Source: Macrostomum lignano (lineage: Eukaryota). From it: a DNA stretch of 54,182 nucleotides. The notes below the pieces were generated by a model, which saw only the letters and a list, made by a program, of their open reading frames with translations, had not been told where the DNA came from and did no database searches. The number at the start of each line of letters is the position of its first letter. Position 1 is the stretch's first letter. The stretch spans positions 1-54,182 of the forward strand of contig NIVC01004223.1 in NCBI GenBank assembly GCA_002269645.1, given 5' to 3'. The translations under genes were made by a program, and so were the position numbers. This document shows positions 29,960 to 41,054 of the stretch, one piece after another.

Positions 29960-30547
29960 AATCTAGACAGCGGCGCTGAAATCTAGACAGTGGCGTTGAA
30001 ATCTAGACAGCGGCGCTGAAATCTAGACAGCGGCGCTGGAATCTAGACAGTGGCGCTGGAATCTAGACAGCGGCGCTGGAATCTAGACAGTGGCGCTGGA
30101 ATCTAGACAGTGGCGTTGAAATCCAGACAGCGGCGCTGAAATCTAGACAGCGGCGCTGAAATCTAGACAGCGGCGCTGAAATCTAGACAGCGGCGCTGAA
30201 ATCTAGACAGCGGCGCTGAAATCAAGACAGCGGCGCTGAAATCTAGACAGCGGCGCTGGAATCTAGACAGTGGCGCTGAAATCTAGACAGCGGCGCTGGA
30301 ATCTAGACAGTGGCGCTGGAATCTAGACAGTGGCGTTGAAATCCAGACAGCGGCGCTGAAATCTAGACAGTGGCGCTGGAATCTAGACAGTGGCGTTGAA
30401 ATCCAGACAGCGGCGCTGAAATCTAGACAGTGGCGCTGGAATCTAGACAGTGGCGCTGAAATCCAGACAGCGGTGCTGAAATCCAGATAGCGGCGCTGAA
30501 ATCCAGACAGCGGCGCTGAAATCCAGATAGCGGCGCCAAAATCTAGA
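29960..30547. repeat. 20-bp minisatellite, ~29 copies
   Basis: Unit AATCTAGACAG(C/T)GGCGCTG(A/G). Confidence 0.95.
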
Positions 30548-31189
30548 GCTACTTTGTTGGCTAGACGGGAATCCTGACTGCTTTTCATATACGCTATATT
30601 ATCGAGACAAGTTTTAATAACTGTAATATCGAGAGCCACTCACAGAGATCACTGGACCACATTGTGAAATGGTGTTGCTGGCTTGTTAGCTGATAGATAG
30701 TTTTATGCATTCAGACTCGCTGACATCGCATTTTGATGGACCGTGAAAGATTAGATCGCTGATGAAGCAACATGGGGGCATTAATCAAGCGGTTCACGGA
30801 TGGCAGTTGGATGAGAAAAAATGTGACAGCTGCCCAAGCAAGAATATTATGGCCGAGAGAGTTTTTTGCAACCATCATTTCATTAATTCATCACCGTGTA
30901 TACAGCAGCTCTTGTTGTTCCTCCCATAAATAAAATTTTCTTAGAGAGCAGGGTGCCCATACCATCCAAGTAGCGATGGGGAGACAGAAGATTTATTATC
31001 CCAACTAAAAACATTAGCTATAGTCTCGGTTTTAGAGGCCGAAGCCCTTGAAGCAATTCATACTCATACAATATTTGTAAGATATATATTTTATTTCTAT
31101 CCAATTTGCGAGCTATGCATTGGGAAGAGAATTTTCTGTGTTTCTTGGAGAAGTTTTTTGCTTGACAAGGATTTCCTTTAGATGATCAA

Positions 31190-32005
31190 TAGCATGCAGA
31201 TAGAGATGAGGGGAAGCAGATAGAGATGAGGGGAAGCTGATAGGAGATGAGGGGAAGCATGCAGATAGAGATGAGGGGAAGCAGATAGAGATGAGGGGAA
31301 GCTGATAGGAGATGAGGGGAAGCATGCAGATAGAGATGAGGGGAAGCAGATAGAGATGAGGGGAAGCTGATAGAGATGACGGGAAGCTGATAGGAGATGA
31401 CAGAAAGCTGATAGGAGATGAAGGGATGCTGATAGAGATGAGGGGAAGCTGATAGAGATAAGGGGAAGCTGATAGAGATTAGGGGAAGCTGATAGAGATG
31501 ACGGGAAGCTGATAGAGATGACGGGAAGCTGATAGGAGATGACAGAAAGCTGATAGGAGATGAAGGGATGCTGATAGAGATGAGGGGAAGCTGATAGAGA
31601 TGACGGGAAGCTGATAGAGATGACGGGAAGCTGATAGAGATGATGGGAAGCAAATAAGAGATGACGGGAAGCTGATAGAGATGACGGGAAGCTGATAGAG
31701 ATGACGGGAAGCAGATAGAGATGACGGGAAGCTGATAGAGATGACGGGAAGCTGATAGAGATGAGGGGAAGCTGATAGAGATGACGGGAAGCTGATAGAG
31801 ATGACGGGAAGCAGATAGAGATGACGGGAAGCTGATAGAGATGACGGGAAGCAGATAGAGATGACGGGAAGCTGATAGAGATGACGGGAAGCTGATAGAG
31901 ATGACGGGAAGCTGATAGAGATGACGGGAAGCTGATAGAGATGACGGAAAGCTGATAGAGATGAGGGAAAGCTGATAGAAGATGACGGGAAGCTGATAGG
32001 AGATG
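31190..32005. repeat. Purine-rich ~20-bp minisatellite
   Basis: Unit GCTGATAGAGATGA(C/G)GGGAA with variants. Confidence 0.95.
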
Positions 32006-32510
32006 AAGAGTTGATATTGAAGAGGCAAAATAGAGAGGAAGAGAGCAGACAGACATCAACGATGGTTCAGCAACCTTAGCTAATAATAAAACTGCTTTTG
32101 CTACAAGTACGCTCGTATGAGCTATGAGGAACGCGGAGCCACAGTGTAGTTTTACTTGCCAGGCTGAAATGGTGAAGAAAGGGGCAAACGGTCATCACTA
32201 AAATGGACACCAACTGTTGTTTCAAGTGGCGACGCAAGACTTATCAAGCTTTCGTCACCCGTTTCGCATAACTATCAGAGTAAAGGACTGACTGACTGCT
32301 ATTTTGGTCTGACTCTGTTTTGTTTAAAACTTCGCTACTCTCTTCTTGACTTTCTTTTCCTATTTTCAAATCAAACCCTCTCTTTTTCATCCAGAACAAC
32401 AAAGTACTTTCTGTCAGGGTCTTTAGAAGGCAGCGTCACAGCACAGGGCGCACCTCTGGGCCAGGTCGCGAACGAAGGCGGGCCCAGCCATTGGTTGAAT
32501 TTGGTTGGCA

Positions 32511-32742
32511 GACAGACAGACCTGCTAGACAGACGGGTTTACCCTCTAGACAGACAGGTTTACCCTCTAGACAGACAGGTTTACCCTCTAGACAGACAGG
32601 TTTACCCTCTAGACAGACAGGTTTACCCTCTAGACAGACAGGTTTACCCTCTAGACAGACAGGTTTACCCTCTAGACAGACAGGTTTACCCTCTAGACAG
32701 ACAGGCTTACCCTCTAGACAGACGGGTTTATCTTCTAGACTG
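32511..32742. repeat. 21-bp minisatellite, ~10 copies
   Basis: Unit CTAGACAGACAGGTTTACCCT. Confidence 0.95.
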
Positions 32743-33364
32743 ATAGGTGCGCATAATAAATGATAAAATGCTTTTTTTTTAAAGTAAACTCTTGAACGCA
32801 CAAGTCATTTACATGTTTTTGATATCGTTAGCTTGTACACGAACAAAGACTAGTCAAGCAATTACTTTAACGTAATAAGGTGAGTTCATATTTCAGCATG
32901 TACAGTAAACCCGCCTCTGGAACTAAATCGGGGTGGTGGTGTTTAAGTGGTGTAAAGAAAAAAAAATCGATAATTTCCTTTACCAAAAGGAAGCCCGAGG
33001 GGCCCATTTCTCTTCACACGCAAATTAACGCACACCCCCCTTGTTCCTCCATTTCAGGCAGTCCGCGCCCATACGGCCTTGCGCACGGCGCAGGCGAATG
33101 ATCGTTGGAACTGGAAGGACAGGCATAATATGGTCTGTCCTTCTGTCTATGACGTCACTGGCCGCACTCTCTCTCTCTGTACGCACGTTGTGTTGTCTGA
33201 ACAAAAGCTTTACTCTCTGTCTGCCCCCCCCCCACCCCCACCCCTTCAACCAAGCCACAGAGCCAAGATCGAAATTTTCTTTTCCTTCTTGCATATTTTA
33301 GCTATTACATGTAGCTATTAGACTAAAAAACAAAGGTTTTAATAGGATTTATATAGGAATAGGA

Positions 33365-33778
33365 ATGAGCCACTACAGCAACGCGTTCGGCGCATCGATA
33401 GTATTCGCGGAGCCGATACCAAAACGATTTGAGTGCCCGATCTGTTTGGACTGCATGTCTGAACCGGTGCAAACCAGGTGCGGTCACCGGTTCTGCTATC
33501 TGTGCCTGGCCCGGAGCCTGCCGACTGTGCGCAGCGGTAGCTGCCCCATGTGCCGACTGTCGCTGAATCCTTGGCTTGATTTGCACTTCGATCGGGCTGT
33601 GCAGCGGGAGATTCACCAGCTGCTGGTTGTCTGCCCGTGGGACACAGCCGGCCAGTGCCGACTGCCTCTGGCCGAGCTGGCGCAGCACCGTCGGGAGGCT
33701 GCGTGGCTTCATCCGGCTGGCCAGCAGCAGCGTAAAACTTTTCGGCGCTTCTCGGAGAGCCGCGGAGGAAGAGAATAA
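33365..33778 (+). CDS. C3HC4 RING-finger protein resembling the TRAF N-terminus, single exon
   Basis: CPIC...CGHRFC..C...CPMC followed by DRAVQREIHQLLVVCP...C..PLAEL..H. The stop overlaps AATAAA. Confidence 0.8.
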   Translation: MSHYSNAFGASIVFAEPIPKRFECPICLDCMSEPVQTRCGHRFCYLCLARSLPTVRSGSCPMCRLSLNPWLDLHFDRAVQREIHQLLVVCPWDTAGQCRLPLAELAQHRREAAWLHPAGQQQRKTFRRFSESRGGRE

Positions 33779-33789
33779 ACATTTGTGCT

Positions 33790-34105
<316 letters not shown>

Positions 34106-34554
34106 GTATGCGTGTATGTATGCCCGTGATTGCAATTTATTTCCAATAAATTTTGATAGCATATTTGTGCATTGTGAATTGCAACAATCAAGTCATTGTG
34201 CATGCAGTATGGGCAATTTTATGTTTGTTTTGTGTGTAAAAAATGAGTGTTTTAATAAAGTACATTGAGAACTGAGACTGCATGGTGTAAATATAAAAAA
34301 ACTGAGTGTTATTCGACTCACCCACATGATTTACATCCGCCAACTGGCTCCCCTGGTGCTGGCGTATGAACTCAAATGAGTGAGTACGTCCCCCAAAGCG
34401 CTGCAGAGGCAATTCTGCTCATTCCGCTGACTCCTGAGCACACAAGCGCGCCAATGCTGTACACGCAGGCACGCACTCACACACGCTCTCACAGGGTGAA
34501 CAGCGGCCCTTGACTTTCTTCAGTGATGATGCTGATTCAGTGATCATCCTACGA

Positions 34555-35443
34555 TCCTGCAGTCTACATCCTATTCTACATCCTACAATACTAAATCCTA
34601 CTATCATGCATCCTACTATTCTACATCCTACATCCTACGTATACTACATCATACGTCCTACATCCTACTATCTTACGTCCTACATCCTACTATCCAACGT
34701 CCTTACATCCTACTATCCTACGTCCTTACATCCTACTATCCGATGTCCTACATCCTACTATCCTACATCCTACTATCCTACATCCTACTATCCTACATCC
34801 TAACATCCTACATCCTACTATCCTACGTCCTATATCTTACTATCCTACGTCCTACATCCTACTATCCTACATCCTAACATCCTACATCCTACTTTCCTAC
34901 ACACCATCCTACTATCCTACATCCTAACATCCTACTATCCTACATCCTACTATCCTACATCCTAACATCCTACATCCTAACATCCTACATCCTACTATCC
35001 TACATCCTACTATCCTACATCCTAACATCCTACATCCTACTATCCCACGTCCTATATCCTACTATCCTACGTCCTACATCCTACTATCCTACATCCTAAC
35101 ATCCTACATCCTACTTTCCTACACACCATCCTACTATCCTACATCCTAACATCCTACTATCCTACATCCTACTATCCTACATCCTACTATCCTACATCCT
35201 ACTATCCTACATCCTACTATCCTACATCCTACTATCCTACATCCTACGATCCTACATCCTACTATCCTACATCCTAACATCCTACATCCTACTATCCTAC
35301 ATCCTATATCCTACTATACTACGTCCTAACATCCTACATCCTACTATCCTACACACTATCCTACTATCCTACATCCTAACATCCTACATCCTTCTATCCT
35401 ACACACTATCCTACTATCCTACATCCTAACATCCTACATCCTA
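34555..35443. repeat. CATCCTA/CTATCCTA 7-8 bp composite satellite
   Basis: Alternating ATCCTAC and ATCCTACT units over ~900 bp. Confidence 0.95.
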
Positions 35444-35661
35444 TTCAACAGGGGCGATCTCGGCGTAATTAATCAACATACAATTAGAATTATTTTGTCT
35501 CTGGCCAAAATTAAGGCTGCATATTTCAAAGTAACATATTTATTTGATGATTATGCGAATTAGGTGGGCTAAATTTATAGAGGGGTAAACTTGTAGCCAA
35601 GGCGATTACAAACTTAGCAGTAGCAATACAAAAGATCGCATCGTCGAAAGTTTAAAACAAA

Positions 35662-37053
35662 ATGCGCTGCAGCCAAACCGAAGACAGCGCCAGCGATTCA
35701 TCCAGCCATTCGGAAGCCAGCGTCTTCCAACGCCAGCATCGCAGACTGCAGAAGAGCAGGACGGACAGATGTTCTTATCGATGCTCCCCGTTGCGAAAGC
35801 AACGAAGCAAACAAGCAAAGCAGTCGGAGGGCTCGACAAAGAGCCGCTGCAGGCAGTTGTGCAGCCCTCACAAGCGCAAGCTGTTGTCGAGACCAGGTAC
35901 TCGTAGGTTTGAAAGAGACGCCATTGAGCAGTCGAGCTCCAAGGTTGCATACCAAGCAGCGATTTCTCCTTTGATTTCGTCTGATGCTTGCTCGGGCGAC
36001 ATGAGCGGCGACCAAGTGAACCTTGATTCAAGCGCTTTAGCCAGAGTACTAGCTAGGATAGCTAAACAAAACATCAACACATCGAACGGGCAGCATCGCC
36101 AGCTGCCGAGACAGCAGCAAGTGCCATCGTCGAGGCGGAGAACTGGCTACCAACAATCGCCAATGCAGTCTGAATCGCCTGTGCAAATTCCAATGCCGCG
36201 TTCGCCGTCCCCACTTCCGCCGTCGCCGGCTGAGCAGCGGCAGCGGCAGTTTCAATCGCGACGCGGCAACCGGGAGAATCGCCGAAGCGACTACACAGAT
36301 TGGGAATACGAGCAAAATTCCTCGAATTGGAACGAAATCTATCGCAGTCCAGATGACTTCCGGAGGCGAACGAGCAGTCGGCAGTCTTTGCAGCAACCGC
36401 GACAGCCTGCGGTCCAGCCGTCGAGAAGGCAGTCGCAGCAAATTCAAGAGCCGCGCAAGCAACAACAGAAAAGAAGCCGAGAACTTCGTCAGAAAGAGCA
36501 ACTGCAGCAACTGCCGCGCCAGTCGAAGCTTCAAATGGACAAGATTTACTCCGGCAATCATGCGCCAAGTGACTTGATGCTGCCCGGACGAACGAGGCGA
36601 TGCCAGAGACCAGATCGGAGCAGAATGCGCTATCAAATGGACGACTACGATCAAGACGAGCCTGACGATACATGCCGGGAGGAGGATGAAGACTTGAACT
36701 TTTTCCAACCGTCGAGCAGCGCGCAGCACCGGATGGAGAATCCAGAGAGACAGGCTGCGGATCGTCGGTGGAAAAAATACGAAACTTTGTCTGATCGGCA
36801 GACGGCAGCCTCTCGCCCACGACACTTGTGCCGCGATGGCAACAAACTGCAGCCGACCCAGAACCGTCGGGAAACGCTCTTCCACTGTCCCTATGTGACA
36901 CTGTCGCTGCACACCCAGACGTTCGAGTGCGCCGAGTGCATTGCCGCCGCTCGAGACCAACGCGGCGGACGGCACGACAGAAGCAGGTATCGGAGAGACC
37001 TGCCGGACGAAAGCGACGAATCTCCGGCCGGTTGGTCAAAGAACTGCCGCTAA
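35662..37053 (+). CDS. Hypothetical S/Q/R-rich protein with C-terminal Cys/His motif
   Basis: 463-aa GC-rich ORF in an AT-rich, non-repetitive context. Mostly disordered, with LFHCPYVTLSLHTQTFECAEC near the end. Confidence 0.6.
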   Translation: MRCSQTEDSASDSSSHSEASVFQRQHRRLQKSRTDRCSYRCSPLRKQRSKQAKQSEGSTKSRCRQLCSPHKRKLLSRPGTRRFERDAIEQSSSKVAYQAAISPLISSDACSGDMSGDQVNLDSSALARVLARIAKQNINTSNGQHRQLPRQQQVPSSRRRTGYQQSPMQSESPVQIPMPRSPSPLPPSPAEQRQRQFQSRRGNRENRRSDYTDWEYEQNSSNWNEIYRSPDDFRRRTSSRQSLQQPRQPAVQPSRRQSQQIQEPRKQQQKRSRELRQKEQLQQLPRQSKLQMDKIYSGNHAPSDLMLPGRTRRCQRPDRSRMRYQMDDYDQDEPDDTCREEDEDLNFFQPSSSAQHRMENPERQAADRRWKKYETLSDRQTAASRPRHLCRDGNKLQPTQNRRETLFHCPYVTLSLHTQTFECAECIAAARDQRGGRHDRSRYRRDLPDESDESPAGWSKNCR

Positions 37054-38489
37054 AATTGCTGGTGTGCTACCGACTAGCAGTTCCATGCAATCCTAGATTT
37101 GAATAGATCGACACTTTCTGAATGCTTCATGTTATATGCATGGTAGTCGGGTTGGTCGTCATTGTGTTGCATTTTCCTCTCTTTTTGTCCGCTTCAAGAT
37201 GTCCAATTGTCTCAACTTTATGTAGCTGAAAATCGTATTCGTACTTTCTTCGTGAAACTGCCTGTGAACAGCATTGCCTAATTTCTTCTCATCTGTTCTC
37301 TATGCCTACGGCTAAATTGAACGCAATCTACCCCTCAGCACGTACACGTAACTTGAAAAAATGGTTCGTCTAAAATTGCAAAAGATGCCACAATGTCCGA
37401 AAATTCCTTTGTTGTCGCTGGTACCCCCTGCGTGGTCTATCCATACCATATGAGTATAGAAAACAGAATAATATATACTGTTTTTTTAACTGAAGCAAGC
37501 ATATTTTATCATTTTTATTAATGGTGTCCAATGATTTGATATTTTGTTATTTTGATTTAAAATTTTCAATGCAGCGTAAGATTGACAGCAACAAGTTGAC
37601 AGGACAGGAACGTGAACTTTTATACAAGAAATTCTAATATCAAGTGCACCATTTCTGTAGTCGTAGGCCAAAATACTCGTAGATATTACCCAAAGTTTCC
37701 TACTCAAACAGGTTTTGGCTGCATGGATGCGGTGATGTTACATGCAAGTCTCATCCCAGCTAGTACGCCTTTTTAATAGACGAACTGATTATTACTTTGA
37801 TTATTAGGTCTACCTGTAAGCCAGGTTGAGGAAATTCGGGAAAGTATATATCAAGCTACAGTGTGTTCGAATTCGTCATTAATTCGAACTTGAACTTGAA
37901 CTGTCAGGTTCAAGCTCAATTTAAGCAACCGATCAGTAATGTCACCTGTCTATAGCTGCGCTGTGATTGTGGAGAGCTGAAGTAGATACAGATGGACCCG
38001 TACAGGAACGTATCGACGTATCGCCAGTGCCTTTAGTGTTCTAGAGAACGCATAGCTCTGAATGGGGGTTTCGCCATAGACAAAATCGGTTGGAGAAAAA
38101 TCAGATTTTTTAGAACATACTAGATATGCACTAACAATTCGTACAGTAGTATGTACGGTCCTTACTGACCGCCAGCTCATTTCTAAGAAATAGAGTTTCT
38201 CGTTAAATTTCACACAGCCGTCGCGCTCTGTGTGACGGACGACATCGAGGCTGCCACTTTTTGACTAGAATCAGGTGGGACAGACGACAAAGCTTCCACG
38301 TCGCGCGCCGCTCCAGCGTGGTCGTCAGCGTCCACTGCGTCTCGGCGTTGTAGAGCAGGCCGGTCTCTCTCGATCATCGTCTGCCCTAGCTAGCGCTCTG
38401 GCGATCTGGGAAGCGCTTTGGACTGATCAAGACGGCGCGAATTGACGGGTAGGCCGCCCATGCAAGTCCTTTGCGCCGCCAGTCCTCTC

Positions 38490-39160
38490 CACGTCGGGCA
38501 CATCAGGAGCAAAACACGCTGTCACGGTCTTCAGAAGGCAGCCTCACAGCAGGGCGCGCCTCTCGACCAGATCACGAACAAAGACCACGTCACCGACCGA
38601 ATTCGGGGCGCCAGCTTCAGTCAGCACCAGCAGATAGTCGACGAAATGCTGGGTGCGCGCCTTCCCCCGCCGGTAGGGTGCCAGCAGCGTCAGCAGCAGC
38701 ACCTCCTGCACAGGCTGCGGGCAGTACGACTCGCCGCGGAGGATGTGGCCTGCCAGTTGGAGTCGCCGCCGACGGTGCAACGCAGGTCGCTTTAATTGGA
38801 CCGGGCCAGCGCGATGATGCAGTGCCGCGTTGGAAACTCGCGATCGTCACCCATCTTGAAGGCGGCGCGCAGGAGGCCAGACTTCGCCGCGTCTACTTGA
38901 TGCTCGAGATGGTCCGAGAGCGTCCCGGTGTTGTACAGCGTTGTACAGCAGGACTGTCTCAGCCAACCGCCTGGAACAGCGCCACCCTCTAGCAGTCCAT
39001 GTATTGGGTCTTGGACTGCAGGACTGCCCTCGCAGAATAAAAGGCAACCCCGCGGTGACGCCACTCAGGTTCTCGCGGATGCCGGAAACCAGACCGCCGA
39101 GGTAGATGAACTGTTGACAACAGTTGGACTTGGCACACTTGGTGCTGCTCCATGCAGCTT
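38490..39160 (-). pseudogene. Degenerate RTE-like reverse transcriptase C-terminal fragment
   Basis: Across several frames: QFIYLGGLVS...ETVLLYNA...QVDAAKSGLLRAAF...RRLQLAGHILRGESYCPQPVQEVLLL...RRGKART. Confidence 0.8.
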
Positions 39161-39214
39161 TTTAAGTTGATGAGAGTGTCCGGTCTGAGCTGCACCAGCC
39201 CCATCCACAATCCT

Positions 39215-39340
39215 CGACTCGAACTGGCAGGCCACGCGATCTGGGATATGAGAGCTACGCATGTACTGCTCCCAGCCTGTTCAGCACGTCCTGCTGCTCA
39301 TTTTAGTGGGACCTTTAAGGCGGGCTCAAGCGCGGGGACC
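39215..39340 (+). pseudogene. Short RTE-like fragment in the opposite orientation
   Basis: RLELAGHA...YCSQPVQHVLLLILVGPLRRAQAR parallels the RLQLAGH...YCPQPVQEVLLL region of the neighbouring copy. Confidence 0.6.
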
Positions 39341-39851
39341 CGGAGAGATAACGTCCCCGCGTAGACTGCATCCTGAGAAATCTGAGACATGGCCCGGACG
39401 TTGTCCGCTCGCATGCTTCAGCGTGCCACCTGACGTTGTCTTCACTGACTTACTGCGCATCCTTGTTCTAGTTTGTTGTTTTTGTTGTCTACAATGTACA
39501 TGAAATTCAGTTTAGTTCAGGTTGTGACTAGCGAAAATTAAGTGTAAGAGAAAGAGTAAATATAATTACAAGTTCAATGGGTAACCACGGACATTTCGTC
39601 AACCGGCATGTTAGCCCAACGTTAAAAATTGTCATGTTACATGTACTTTTATTTGAAACATGACTGCAGTTTTAAAACTGAAATAATTACAGAGAGACGG
39701 ACATCAGCCCCAGCATACAATATGGCCTCCGAGAAGTGTACATGTACGTGCGAAACATTTGCATTGCCATTTGACTTATATATTAAGGCAACCATTTTCG
39801 TTTCTGCAAAAAGTTACTTCCAAGGAGTGTACACATTCTAAAAAATTAAGA

Positions 39852-41054
39852 CAGGGACAACTTAAACTACCGGGACGCGAAACAAGCCAAATCATGGCGA
39901 AAAAAGTTGGGGGCTCGTTTGAGTCTATGGGCGCCCAGTTTTTTATGTATTAAATGCATTACGATCAGCGTAGCTGCTGAAAAGACTAAGGCCACAGTAT
40001 TATTTTTGCTTGAAATCGTTCAGTAGGTTGTCTAAAACATTTATTTTTATTCATTTTTAAATGTTTTTTCGTTTTATTTGAGTAGTAGAAAAACGGTCGT
40101 ACAGAGCACAATGACATACCTTCGATGAGAACTTTACCAGGCCTTTAAAATAAACATTCGTAAGCCGACGACTTATACTGCCGTGTCTATGGAGCCGTCG
40201 CACTTCAGTGCTGCAACAAGCTTTTCATTGAAGACTTGGGGAGCGAGTGTTACCTTCGTTTTTCTGTATGCTTGAAGGATAGCAAGCTTTGTGGGTTAAT
40301 TCCGTTCGTTTGACAACGTGATCTTCTGATTTGTACAGTCGGATCACGTCCATCCATTTGGCCGATATAACTCTGCACCTGGCGGTTGAATAGTCAAGGT
40401 TCCATTGGATTCAGTTTGCCAATTGTTGCAAGTCTCGAATCAAAACTGGCGTATGCATAATGAATGCGCTAACGGAGACGTTTAGGACAATAAAGACTGT
40501 CTGTCTGTCCGTCTGTATGAAGCTTGGAGCGAAAGCCAGAGAAGAGGATCTTTCGGTCTTTCATGTCGACCATTCTTCAACATGGGGTATCACTTGACCA
40601 GCAGTGCTTTTGACATATGTCCATGTGTTCAGTCACTTTCTAGAATGGTAAATTTTATCGCAGTAATTATTTTTAACAATTAGTTTGTAATAAATTCATC
40701 CACGCATACGAGCGTGTGTATGATCGCTTAGAATGTCAACATCTTTCTTACCTCAAAAATACTTGGTAGGGTTTGTCTCCAACGCTCCCGTTCTTGTGCA
40801 TCTCAAGGAAAAGCAAATATCTTGGTTCGGCTTTCTTCTGAGAATTATAGTTTGATCTGCAGTTAAAGGCGCTGCACTTTATCGAAAGTTTTCACACTCG
40901 CACAAGAGTTGAGGGCTTTTTATTTGGCCTCACACCTCTTTAGACTTAAGAGTTACAGTTGGAATAACCATAGAACAGTGGATTCAAACGAGCCCCCAAC
41001 TTTTTTCGCCATGATTTGGCTTGTTTCGCGTCCCGGTAGTTTAAGTTGTCCCTG
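39852..41054. mobile_element. Non-autonomous hAT-like DNA transposon (1203 bp)
   Basis: Perfect 71-bp TIRs (39852-39922 / 40984-41054) starting CAGGGACAAC. Perfect 8-bp TSD AATTAAGA (39844-39851, 41055-41062). No internal ORF of note. Confidence 0.92.
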
